Shown here: piece after piece, positions 23,091-34,438 of the stretch
How the letters are laid out: each line of letters starts with the position of its first letter
Position numbering within the stretch: the stretch's first letter is position 1
Assembly (NCBI GenBank): GCA_025594325.1
Contig: JANHCV010000005.1
Coordinates: 1,178,001 to 1,242,000 of the forward strand
DNA from: Blastocladiella emersonii ATCC 22665
Taxonomy: Eukaryota > Fungi > Blastocladiomycota
Direction: 5' to 3'
Length of the DNA: 64,000 nucleotides
Program-made: the position numbers and the translations under genes
The notes under the pieces: model-generated
Told to the model about the DNA's origin: nothing
Databases searched by the model: none
The model's input: only the letters and a program-made list of their open reading frames with translations

Positions 23091-24335
23091 ATGTCCGCAC
23101 GCGCTCCCGACGTGCAATTGTGCATTGTGTCGGACTGGTCTAGTCGATCGAAAATGACCGCAGCGACCTCGGGAAGCCTCCCGCCCATGGTCGCGGCCAC
23201 TGCTACAAGCATGGCCACGGCCATGGCCGCTTCGGCCACCGACCAACCTCCGAAGTTCCAGCGGCTTCCAACAGAAATCATGGAAGAAATCCTCGTTCTC
23301 GCTCTTCAAGCATCAATGGGCTCCCTGTTAACAGTTCATGACGCCTGCAGCTGCCTTGAGGACTTCGAGTACCACCGTTCAGTGGCCCGTGTGTGGGGAC
23401 TCACTTCGCGCATTACCGACTTCGCCATCGAGACGAAAAAGAGATGTGCAACCAACAGTCTCATTCCACCACCAAATCGTCCTTCCGTGGAAGTTGCACC
23501 ACTGCTTCGCCAATATCTCAACGTCGCTGGCGGTCTAAGCCGCTTACGCCGGCTGGCCTTCAACTACCTCCCTGGAATGTCTCTCTTTCACGTTTTGGCC
23601 GAGGAGCGCATGGATCGTTTGCGCGTCTACGAGCAATATGTCTCTCGCCAGCACATTGATTCGGTGCTCTGCGACGAGGACTTGATCCGCGCGCTGTGCG
23701 GAGACAAGAAACGCGTTTCGCTGGACTACCTTCTCCGCAGTTCGACCGTATCCTCATCCGCCGTCCGAATCGCTTGCGCCGAGGGCCACGTCGATGTTCT
23801 TGATCAGTGGCTCCGTATCAGCTTTCCCAACTGCGTTGTTCCTGGCAACGGCACCGTTGACTTGCTAGCGCTTCACGCCATCGTTGCTGCCGAGGAGCAC
23901 AACCTGTGCGAAGTGTGGGACTGCTGGCGATGTGCCCAGGCCACGAACATTGACGCTGCAAGCACACGCGGCCATTTAAACGTCCTCAAGTGGTGGCGAC
24001 TGTACTTTCCTGATCAGTTTCAGTACTCGGAGGAGGCCTTGGATGGTGCAAGCGAGTACGGCCATATCCACGTTGTCGCATGGTGGATCCGTGAGTCGAG
24101 AGTCCCAGTCAAGTACTCTGAGGCGGCACTCGAAGGAGCGAGTACCCGTGGGCACGTAGGCGTGCTGCAAGTATGGTTTAAATCGGGCTTAGAACTTAGG
24201 TATACGGCGGAAACGCTCGACAGCGCGCTTTATTACCAACGACAAGCAGTTCTTGAGACATGGCGCAGTTTGGGGCTCCCGCTCAAGTTCACGCAAGATC
24301 CCTTTGCCGCACAAATGCCGACCCGTGCGCCTTGA
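23091..24335 (+). CDS. F-box-like plus ankyrin-repeat protein
   Basis: FQRLPTEIMEEILVLA; repeats IDAASTRGHLNVLKWW, LDGASEYGHIHVVAWW, LEGASTRGHVGVLQVW. Confidence 0.8.
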   Translation: MSARAPDVQLCIVSDWSSRSKMTAATSGSLPPMVAATATSMATAMAASATDQPPKFQRLPTEIMEEILVLALQASMGSLLTVHDACSCLEDFEYHRSVARVWGLTSRITDFAIETKKRCATNSLIPPPNRPSVEVAPLLRQYLNVAGGLSRLRRLAFNYLPGMSLFHVLAEERMDRLRVYEQYVSRQHIDSVLCDEDLIRALCGDKKRVSLDYLLRSSTVSSSAVRIACAEGHVDVLDQWLRISFPNCVVPGNGTVDLLALHAIVAAEEHNLCEVWDCWRCAQATNIDAASTRGHLNVLKWWRLYFPDQFQYSEEALDGASEYGHIHVVAWWIRESRVPVKYSEAALEGASTRGHVGVLQVWFKSGLELRYTAETLDSALYYQRQAVLETWRSLGLPLKFTQDPFAAQMPTRAP

Positions 24336-24468
24336 CGATTCCAAAACTTTGTGTTAGTGATTAATCGCCGAGTATATAGTTCTTTTGATACGTCAGTTAG
24401 ACCAAGACTGGGCGATTTTTAGCGGGAAGTGGTGGTAAGATGAAGACTCGTTGAGGTGAGTTGAGGAA

Positions 24469-25524
24469 TTGATCCCGTCCCTCTCTAGCGCGCTTTTCCT
24501 TCGCCCCCCACCTCGCCCAGTGCCGCCGATCCCGGACGCTGCTAGCCCAACGACACCGAGCGCCATTTTGAACTTCTTCTTCTCGGAGCTGGAAGGCCTG
24601 CTTGCCAATGACACTCCCGGGGCTGTGGCGACCAACCCGACCGGCAAGATGTGGCTGCGCGGCGTGGTCGTCAAGGCCAACGGTGTGCTCAAAGCTGACG
24701 GAGACGTTCGAGTCCACGACAAGGTCACGTCGCTCAACCGCGACAATGGCTACGACCCCATCAGTGGCGACATGGACGCCGAGTACGTGCAGATGGATGG
24801 CGGGCGGCTTGTGCACTCTTGCGACACCTCCACCATCAACTGGATCGAGCTTATGTCGAAGCAGGACTTCCGCAGCATCATCGGAACTCGGTTCCAAGAG
24901 TACCTCCGTACCTACATCAAGTCGCTCGCCGCCGGCCAGGGCTGGTACCTGGTGCTCGAGCTCGCGACGCGCGGCCATGACCCCAACGAGCCCATACGCT
25001 TCTTCCGCCTCACGGTCGTCGGCCATTTCGGTGCTGACCATGTCGGGTACACAACGCTTTTCCGCTTCATTCGCGAGCAGGTTCTCGCGGCGCACGCCGT
25101 GCTCGACACGCCCACCAGCATCAACCATCAGTTCGTCTATGTGGTGGACAAGGTTGACCATCCCGAGCAGACCATGCGCATGACCGGCTTTGGCATCACG
25201 GAGGCCAAGCGCGCGGTCGCGGCGAAGCTTTCGGAGCAGCTTCGTGCATCGACGGCGGCGATTGACTACACCATCGACGCCATGGACGCCGAGCACCGCG
25301 CGGCTACCGTGACCACGGGCCCTGCCGGTCCAGTCGGCCGAGGTGGCAACGTGGTCAGCAGTGGCTCGCGTACGACGAGTCAGGCTGCAACCTCCAGTCG
25401 CACGCAAAATCCCCTACGCGCTCTCGGAGTCTCGCTCGAGTGCCCTGCTTTCCTCCGCAAGCTGCTCATGCTCGCGAACGCCTCCAAGGCCGCTCCCGAA
25501 CTTCCCAAGGTCGGGCGGGACTGA
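24469..25524 (+). CDS. Hypothetical protein (start uncertain)
   Basis: 351-codon ORF with coding-like codon usage and a globular-looking core; no recognised motif. Confidence 0.5.
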   Translation: MIPSLSSALFLRPPPRPVPPIPDAASPTTPSAILNFFFSELEGLLANDTPGAVATNPTGKMWLRGVVVKANGVLKADGDVRVHDKVTSLNRDNGYDPISGDMDAEYVQMDGGRLVHSCDTSTINWIELMSKQDFRSIIGTRFQEYLRTYIKSLAAGQGWYLVLELATRGHDPNEPIRFFRLTVVGHFGADHVGYTTLFRFIREQVLAAHAVLDTPTSINHQFVYVVDKVDHPEQTMRMTGFGITEAKRAVAAKLSEQLRASTAAIDYTIDAMDAEHRAATVTTGPAGPVGRGGNVVSSGSRTTSQAATSSRTQNPLRALGVSLECPAFLRKLLMLANASKAAPELPKVGRD

Positions 25525-25694
25525 TGATGTTTCCCGAATGATTTGTGAATGAAAATGTGATCGCCGTTGCTCATTTGCTCGCCTGAATTGTCTCACTTGT
25601 CCTCGATCATGCGAAGCGTCACCCGAGTCTTCATCCGTGTACAGAACGCTCGCACAAGTGTATGTATTAAATGATCTTCATCAGTCCACTCCTA

Positions 25695-27131
25695 CTACTG
25701 CGCGACCTGCCCGCCGCCGCCGAGTCCCACGACGGGCACGTCGACCGTGACGGTCGCCATGGCGAGCGCGACGACCATGCCGATGAAGGCGGCGATAGCC
25801 ATGCCGTGGGCGAGGACAAAGTCGGCGAGTGTCCGCGGCAGCGACCTCGGGGCGGGCGCGGGCTCGGGCAGCGGGTCGCCGCGCTTCATGCGCTCGAGGC
25901 GGTCGACGTACTCGAGCAGCTCCGACACGTCCTCGCTCGACGCGTGCGGGGCGACGAGCGGGTGGCGCAGGCGGCCCGTGACGGGGGATGGCGGGACCGA
26001 CGACGCCGCGGAGCCGAGCGATAGCACGTCGTCGATGTCGTTGCTCAGCGACTCGGCTTCGTCGTCGCTCAGCGGTAGCGCCGTGGACGCGGCGAGCGCC
26101 ATGGCGTCGAGGCAGCACGGGCACACGGCGTCGTCGGCGGTGTCGTCCATGGTGGTGTTGGCAAAGTGGACGTTGGCGGCGGGCGGCGCGACGGGTGTTG
26201 GGTGGGTCTCGGCCGCGATGCACCGCCGCGCTGCGCTCGCGTCCTCGTCGACTGCGGGATCGAGATCCTCGTCGGGGTGCGGGACGAGGTTGGTGATGGA
26301 CTCGGCGGCGGTCGGATGCAGAGCGGCGAGCTGGTCGTCGAGCATGGTCTCGGCGGCGTCGTACGAGCACTCGTCGAGGCCGCCGTTACCGAATACCCGT
26401 TCGTGATACTCGATGCGGTCCTCGAAGGCCGACGTCTCCTCGCCCGCCTACGTACGGGCCGATGGTCAGCGAATGCGAGCGGGACACGCAGGTGGTACGG
26501 GAAGCGTACCCAGGAATCGAACGGCACGGCCTGCAGCGTGTCGCGGAGCAGGGCCTCGACGGCGTCGAGCGTGACCTCGCCGTCGTTGCCGTGCACGGCC
26601 TGCAACGTGTGCTCGCCAACGCCGCCCTTGGCGAGGACCTTGAGCACGGCGACGGGCGCGGCGTCGAGTCCGCTCGGCTGGTGTGCCCAGTCGGCCACGT
26701 CCTACAGGCGAGCGAGTACGGGAGGGAGAACGGTGAGCGGCTGCGGGTGTCGAGGTCCATCGCGTATCGCAACGTACGGTCAGCTTGGACACGTTGGCGC
26801 GCAGGAACAGGCAGTCGCCGGGGTACTTGAGCGACAGCATGGCGAGGTCGTTGTCGAGATCGCCGCAGATCTTGCAGCTACGGTAACGCAGCGAGGGTCA
26901 GCCATCACCGCCCATCGATGGGCCAAGGAGGAACAGTACCTCGAGCACGAAAGCTGCACGACGATCTACACACACGCGCGCGGTCCGCGCAGCGTCAGCG
27001 GACCGGGTCGACCAGCACTCAGGGTCCGCGCAACGCACATGCTTGGCCTGCAGGTGCTCGGCGATCAGGGCCTCGAGCTGGGCGCGGCCGTGGACCGTGA
27101 GGACGCGCACAAAGTCGTTGTCGAAATACAT
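25695..27131 (-). CDS. Thioredoxin-fold protein with C-terminal membrane anchor (exons 27131-27039, 26965-26940, 26877-26778, 26701-26510, 26447-25695; 387 aa)
   Basis: Four GT-AG introns of 62-76 nt keep the frame. IVVQLSCSSCKICGDLDNDLAMLSLKYPGDCLFLRANVS resembles the Trx core; hydrophobic tail MAIAAFIGMVVALAMATVTV. Confidence 0.7.
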
Positions 27132-27441
27132 GGTCGGATGCATGCGATGCCTGGGCAAGGTTCTGTTGCGAGCGGAGGACGGAGAGAGAGAGAGAGAGCG
27201 GTCGCCGGGCGCAGCAGCAGCGGGAGGAAGGGAAAGGGAACGGCGAGGGCGCGCGAAAGCCTCTCCGTGGAAGCCGGCGCTCGCGTCACGTGCGCCCTGC
27301 AGCCGTCTCGCACCGGCAAGCCGCGCGCGTGTCTCCGCCTCCGCCGCGACGCGTCGCGCGACGCGCTTTCCGCTGCGCCTCTCTCTTGGGCTGTCGATCC
27401 CGCCTCACGCACCACCACATGCAACTAGACACCGCGGACGC

Positions 27442-30400
27442 ATGGCATCGACTGCACACCGGTTCGCGGGACCCCGCTCGCCCGCCAAGGGCTACGCCGC
27501 CGGAGGCGGGGGCGCGGGCGCGGGCGCTGCTGCCGCTCCCCTGCCGGCCCCACCACCGTTCCACTTCCGCAAGCGCCGCGACCGCGTCAACTGGCGCGTG
27601 CTCGCCTCAGTCGACGTCGTCCGCGTCCAGCGCGACGCCGACACGGCCACGCTGCAGGATGTCATTGACAACATTGCGTTTTGCGACCTCGACTCGGAGG
27701 GTGGGTGCTCCTCGCTTCGTGTTCTTCAGAACGAGAAGATGCTCACGCGATGGACCGCTAGACCTCCGCTACACGGACTCCAACTTCGTCAAGCTGTTCC
27801 AGCTCGCGCAGCTCATCATCGAGTACCTGCTGCACTGCCAGTCGATCCTCGAGCAGTCCGAGGCCGACCTCGCCCGCCAGCTCGACGAGCAGGCCCTCGA
27901 GATCACGGCCATGACCGAGCAGCAGGAGCGCGACCTCACCGAGATCTACGCCCTGAAAAAGGAGAACAAGACCCTCAAGAAGACCATCTTCGCCTACCAG
28001 GTCATGACCAAGGTCCCCGGATATCACCCCGGCGCTGGCACCGGCCAGGGCGCGCCCGCGGTTGTCCAGTACCTCGTACGTTCGCGCGCCCGCCGTCTCG
28101 AGAGCTGCTCCCCGCTCACCTGCCGCCCCGTAGCGCTGCCGGTACTGCCCGAAAATCTTCAACATGAAGTCCAACCTCGAGACCCACCTGCGCCGCCGCC
28201 ACGCCGACCTTCCCTTCTACACCATTGAGGAAGCCTCGCACGCCGTGCAGACCGAGCCGCCCGCCCCCACTCCCGCCCCCGCGCCTTCCGCCCTGCCACC
28301 ACCACCACCACCACCTGAAGAACCCGCGCCACCGAACCCGCAGCAAGAGCTCATCGAGCGGCTGACCCGCACCATCGACGACTTCGGCGTGCGCCTGCAG
28401 GAGACCGAGGCCGCGATCCGCACCGAATTGGAGTCGCGCCTCGCGCACGACCTCGCCGACCGCGAGCGCGCCCTCGCCCAGCAGCAGGCCGCCGAGCGCG
28501 CCGCCCACGAGCAGGAGATGCAGCAGCTGCGCACCCACCTCCACGACGAGCTCGACGAGGAGCGCCAGTTTCTCGCTGAAGAACGACAGGAACTCGAGGC
28601 ACTCAAGCGCGAGCTCATCGACCGCCAGCGCGAAATGGCCGCCATGCGGTCCGCGTCCAACCTCGCGCCGCGGTCCGGGCTCGGCCAGCAGCTCGAGGAT
28701 GTCGGGGATGATGAGGACGGCGAGTCGATGCACGAGGCCGCCGGCTCGCCGTCGCCCGAGGTCACGGTCGACGAGATCCACCACCCGCAGCCTTCGCCAC
28801 CACCGCACCAACCGGACCTGACGTCGCTCATGGCCAAGATGGAGGAGAAGCAGGAGCTCGCGCTCAAGTCGATCCAGTCCATGGTCACGTCCGAGATCAA
28901 CGCGTTCCGCGAGCTGCTCCAGCACGACCCCAACAAGCAGACCGCTGCCGAGCTCCAGACCACCGCCCAGCGCCTCGAGCAGCTCCAGCAGTCGCTCCTC
29001 GAGTCGTCGCGCAACGCACTCTCGCGCAAGCAGTCGTCGTCCATTCCGCAGCTCACCGTCATCACCCAGCCCAAGCCGGCAATCGTCGCGGCGCCGCCCG
29101 TCGAGGTCCAGCAGCAGCAGCAGGCGCCCGCGCCGCGGTCGGTCCCGACAATGGCGCCCGTGCCTGAGGTCAAGAAGCAGCGCAGCCTCGAGGCGCTCAA
29201 CACGCAGGGTACGCTTCTCGCGTCAACTCTGCGTACCGGCTCCGCTAACTTCGCGATGCGAACCAGTCATGACGCCGCAAACGCCCAAGAAGGCTGCGCG
29301 GCACCGGCCGCCCGTGTACGAGGAGCCCGAGGACCCCGAGCCCGCGACCAACGACGACCGGTACAACGACGACCCGAGCGTCAACGACGACGACTTCATC
29401 GAGTGCGACTGGCCCATCATCTCGCGGCACCTGCGCAGCCACAAGCAGATCTCGCTGCCGTACGCGCCGTGGATCAAGTCGGCCGTGCAGCACGCGCCCG
29501 CGCAGGTCATCAAGGAGCGCGAGTCAATCAAGGGCGAGCTGCGCCGCGCCATGGCCGCGCGCGGCGTGACCGCCGAAGCCGTGTCGACGCCCGAGGGCCT
29601 CGACGCCGTCATCACCGAGTTCGAGGCCGCCAAGGAACGCGCGCTCCGCGCCGACCCGTCGTACGGGTACATGTACGACCAGGTCTGGGACGATATCGAG
29701 CACCTCGTCGCCAACCAGTTCCGGTTCAAGCGCCGCCCCGCCCTCCCGCTTCGCACGCCGTCCCGCTTCGCTACTGGTACGAACGGGAACGGCGGCGGCC
29801 AGGGCGGCAGCGGTGGCCGGCTCGCGCCCAACAGCAACTGGCGCCGGCTCACCAACTCGGCGAGCCCTGCGCGCACCGTGCTCAAGTCGGTCCTCCGGTC
29901 CCCCAACAAGGCCAGCGCGCGCTCCCCCGCGTCGCCCGGAACCGGGTTCGCCAGCTCGCTCCGCCGCGTCGAGTGGCGCGACGACGCGAGCTCGGTCGGG
30001 TCAGACAGCGATAGCGACAGCGATGACGGTGACCGGTTCGGCGTTCGCGCCGTCGCGGGCAAGGTCGGGTCCATGTTCAACAACGGCAGCGGGCGCCGCG
30101 GCACCACGCACCGGAACGATCCCGCGTCGCCGTCCTCGTCGCTCAACGCGGGTGGTAGTAGCTGGCGCACCGTCCGCAACACGCACGCTGCGACGTCCGC
30201 GCTCCGCGCCACGGCGTACAGCAACGCGGCGAGCCCGCGGTCCCCGTCGTCCGCCTCGTCGTCGCGCCGCAACGTGAGCCCGACGTCGGCCTCGGCGCGC
30301 ACCCCGATCCGCTCGTCGCCGCTGAAAAAGTCGTTCACGGCCTCGTCGTCATCGTCGCGCCGGTACAACGACGAGGAGACGGAAGATGACGACGCGGACC

Positions 30401-31148
30401 GTAGCGCCGGCGACGACCCGAGCAGCAGCACCAGCGAGGTGCGCCCGTCTCCGACCACGGCCGCGTTCCGGTCCAACACGTACCGGCCCAGCATGTCCGC
30501 GCGCGGCGGCGGCGGGGGCGGGGGCGGGGGTAAGGCTGCCGGCGGCGGCAAGAATACGTTCGCGGACGCGGCGCAGGCCGCCGTCATGGCCAAGAAGGCC
30601 GCGGCCCAGCAACAGCCGCCCCCGCCGAAACAGCAGCAGTCGCAGTCGCAGTCGCTAGAGACGGACGAGGAGCCGTCGGACTGGGACGCGTCCGAGTCCT
30701 TGCCGCCCGCGCAGCAGCCGCCGGCGCCGCGCAAGGCCGGGTCCAGCGGCAACCTGATCCGCGACAAGCCGGGGCTCAACCACGTCGAGGTCAGCAGCGC
30801 CGAGGGCGAGTCGGACTCGTCGTACGTCGCCGCGCCGAGCTCCAACCCGCGCCCGGTCCCGCGCAACGCCAGCGGTGGTAATGGGAGCCGCGAGACGGTC
30901 CACGACGCGGCGGGCGACTCGTCCGGGATCGGCGACCTGCTCGACGAGCTCGCGTCGGACGGCGAGGGCGCGCAGGATCGTCGCGGCGGCGGGAACGGTA
31001 AGAGTACGTTATGGCGAAGAATTGCGAAGGGGGATCAGCTTGCTGACGGTGTTTCTCGCCTGTAGGCCGGCCGCCGCCCATCATCACGCGCGTCATCGAG
31101 TCCAAGCCGGCCAACAACTTTTCCGAGTGGGACGTCGAGTCCGTGTAG
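27442..31148 (+). CDS. DZIP1: DZIP1/Iguana-like ciliary basal-body zinc-finger protein (introns 27701-27761, 28076-28133, 29209-29266, 30998-31065)
   Basis: FHFRKRRDRVNWRVLASVDV..LQDVIDNIAFCDL..NFVKLFQLAQLIIEYLLHCQ (Dzip-like N), C2H2 CRYCPKIFNMKSNLETHLRRRH, coiled coils. Confidence 0.9.
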
Positions 31149-31302
31149 ACCACTCATGCTCATAATTTATACGCTTGCATTCGCGATATCATGGAAGACA
31201 GGCAGGGAGACAGGCAGGGAGACATGCGACTGACAGACAGGTCCAGGTCGACTGAAGCGGTGAACGCTGAAAGCTCACCACTCACGCTCTCGCAATTTTC
31301 CC

Positions 31303-33451
31303 ATGTATGAAAGGATGGATCGAATGAAAACGCGCCACTTAGTGCAACATGCTCCAGCATCTTTATGTGCTCCAGGCCCGCTGTTTGCGCTTCCCAACGA
31401 GATCCTCGGACACATCCTCAATCTCGCGTGTCCTCGGTCCATTGTCCCTGCCTCGTCCCGCACCTTGCTTGTGGCTGTCTTCGATGCAATGGATGTTCAT
31501 GTGACGTGGGTCCAGCGGGTTGCGCACGACATCGTCTCACCAGCGATGCCTCGCGCGCCAATGAAGCGTTTCTTTTGGCACGCGCGTTATGGTCCGGACG
31601 ACGACGCCGAGCCCTCGCTAGAGCCCCAAAACAACTGGCATTTCGCAAAAATTGCCGAAATCTTCCTCTCGAATCCGTGGCGCACTGTTCCTATTGGTTC
31701 GCCTAGAACGCCCGTTGCGCTTCTCAACGCGATGCGGAGCGAGTATACTCAACTCGAACGATCCTTCCACCGGTTCCCGATTGTTGCTTGCGTTTTCGTG
31801 CTCTCGTACCGCGTGGAAACCAACGACTGCGAACTCCTTTCCTTTCTCCTATCACGGATCCGGACACGTGTGCCAGAGTTGCTGCAGGTTCGCATGCCAA
31901 TACTGGAGTGGGGAGCGCTCGAGGCTCTACATTCTCGCTTTCGCGGATCGTCGACGATTGACCAGGACCTCCAAGTTACCCTAGTCAACTATCTTTGCGC
32001 ATTCGCGTTGTGCCAGTGGCGAATCGACCTGGTGACGCTGTTTATTAGCTCGGAGCTACGCCTCAACGAGCATGGCCTCGACCGAGCAGAAGTGCTTCAC
32101 ATCTACGACTCGTTTGGAGGTTGGGTGGAGCAAGTCCAGCTCCACCATTCTCGCTCAAGCTTTGTCCCCGACCAGATCTGGATCCTCGGGTTTCTTGTCC
32201 TTCAAAATTGGATGCCCAATCTAACCGTCGCGTCTCCCTTCCGCATTCCACTCAAATATTACTAATTGCACCCAGCTTCCCTCACGTTTCTGCTTGTACA
32301 TCATCCTAATTGGGTGACCCGCTTTGTGCTCGAGCCGGAGTGCGGGCATTTGACATTATACCTGTCAATATGGATGAGCATGACAGACCATCCGGTCGAT
32401 CAATTGGCCGCATTTGGACGACACGGACTTCTCACAGACAGTGAATGGGGCACGTTCGTTGCCAGTCGCTGTTCATCAACTCTTGAGGAGCTTCAGCCAC
32501 TGTTGCAGGAGTTTCTCTCGCCTGACCGCCAGGCGGAGGTCCTCACTATTGGTGCACTTCTCTTCAATGATTTCTCAGTTGCTACGACTGGGCTCACCAT
32601 CGACTCTCTTTCCGCTTTGTAGCACTTCGGGCCTCGTTTCGCTTGGGAACGTATCAGCTGCGTGATTTCTACGAAGTTGCACAAAACCTCGGTTTGAGTG
32701 TCGTCCCCCGTTTCGCAGCCGTCGTCGCAGCTTTACCACACAACGAAAGCTTCAAGCTTAACGACCTGGCGCATCTCAATTCCACGTTTCACCTATTCGA
32801 TCACTTCATCCTTGCGGCCTCCGTGACCAAGTTGGGCGCGAACTTTGCCAGGCACTTGGGGACTCGACCCGATTGAGACTTGTCGCTTGACGATTGTGCC
32901 CAACTGTTCTCGCTTTTGGCGTTTTATGCGCTCAGCAACCCGAACGCGGTCGATTCAGCGCTCGCTTGGATGCTGGAAACTAAATCCGCCGAGACCATTC
33001 TCAAATTCATGTTCCGCTGGACGTTCACAGCTTCCCGATGGTGGTTCCCACGCTGGCTGCCACGGGACTACCCAGATCTACGGCCTTGCAAACGTTGCCC
33101 GCTATCCCATCAGCGGGTGTGGATAGACACCATTGCCACAGTTGTATCCGCGTTTCCCACGGTACTTCGAGGACTGACGAGCGATGACTGCCTCAGTGAC
33201 CTTAACAGTTTCATCTTTGAGCAGCCGCCACTAACTCAAGCGGTCGGCTGCTGCGCGCCTCGTGGCCCAATCCCCGCCCACTTCCAACGTTTGCTCGAGG
33301 ATCCTGGGACTTGGTCTGCGGTTGTCGATACTTTCACGTGTTCCCAATGACGAGCTCGCCTAGCTTCTGGGCACTGGTGCCGCCAAGCACCCGCGACGCC
33401 GTGAAGGCGAGATATGAGCAGAAACTGGCACGCGATCCTAGATTCCAGTAG
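31303..33451 (+). pseudogene. F-box-like orphan gene broken into several ORFs (stops/frameshifts or unresolved introns)
   Basis: LFALPNEILGHILNLACPRSIVPASSR resembles the N-termini of the 44-57 kb family; consecutive ORFs 31303, 32266, 32643 and 32880. Confidence 0.45.
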
Positions 33452-33495
33452 TAAGGTCAAGCACGAATGCAGTACATGGTTCAATTCAATCGTTT

Positions 33496-34320
33496 CGTTA
33501 CTCGCTCGTCCTCCAGGCCGTCGTATGCCACCTCGGCGATACGCCCACGTCCGGCCACTTCATCACCTACGTCAACGCCAGCGCGCCGCCCGCGACGCGC
33601 GATGCCGCGGTCTCGGCTGCTGCCGCGAGGGAACCGGTCCCGCCGCTCCCGCCGCGGCCACCAAGCTCTGCTGCTGCGCCGGAAAAGGATCCCGAGGCCT
33701 TCGCCGCGGCACAAGTCGCCGAATCCGCAGCGCCACCGCTCCCGCCGCGCCCGCAACCCCTCGCCGAGTCGGAGCCCGCGAGCCTGCCGCCGCCGTACTC
33801 GCCCGGCGCGCTGCCCGCGAAATCTTCGTCGCCCGCACCGCCATCCCCCGCCACCCCAAGCAGCCCACCCGTGTCGCCTACCGTCACCGCCGCCGCCAAG
33901 GACGCGCTCCCAACATGGCTCCGGTTCGACGGCCTGCCGGCGAGCAACAAGGTGCAGACGTTCACGTCGACGGCGGCGACTACGCGGCAGTTCATGGACG
34001 AGGTCGCACGCAACGCGTACCTGGTGTTCTACGAGCTGCGGCGTACCAAGGACGCGGCCACGGTTACGGCGGTTTCTGCGACGACGACGCTGCCGCGGTA
34101 CTCGCCGCCCGCGCCCGCGCCCGCGCCTGCGCACGGACTGCTCGCGCCGCCACCATTGCCGAGCGAGGGCGGCGGCGGCGGCGGGGAGAACAGGCCACTG
34201 CACGGGCGGCGGCTCTCGGCGCCGCACCTCGACCAGGCCGATATGGCGCTCGCGCTCAAGATGCAGGCCAAGGAGGCGGGCAAGGGGCGCCGGCGCGACC
34301 AGGATTGTACTATCATGTAA
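33496..34320 (+). pseudogene. 5'-truncated ubiquitin-specific protease (C19) C-terminal half
   Basis: His box RYSLVLQAVVCHLGDTPTSGHFITYV, WLRFD, AYLVFY; in-frame TAG at 33439 and no ATG before the His box; ends CTIM*. Confidence 0.75.
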
Positions 34321-34438
34321 ATTGTGAGCGGTTTTGCGAATCTTCGGCGTGACGCGCGGTCGCGCGAGGGGAGCGGCGGACGCGTTGCGCCACATCGCCG
34401 CAGGTTGCGCCTGAGGTCAGCGCAACGAACAAACTGCC

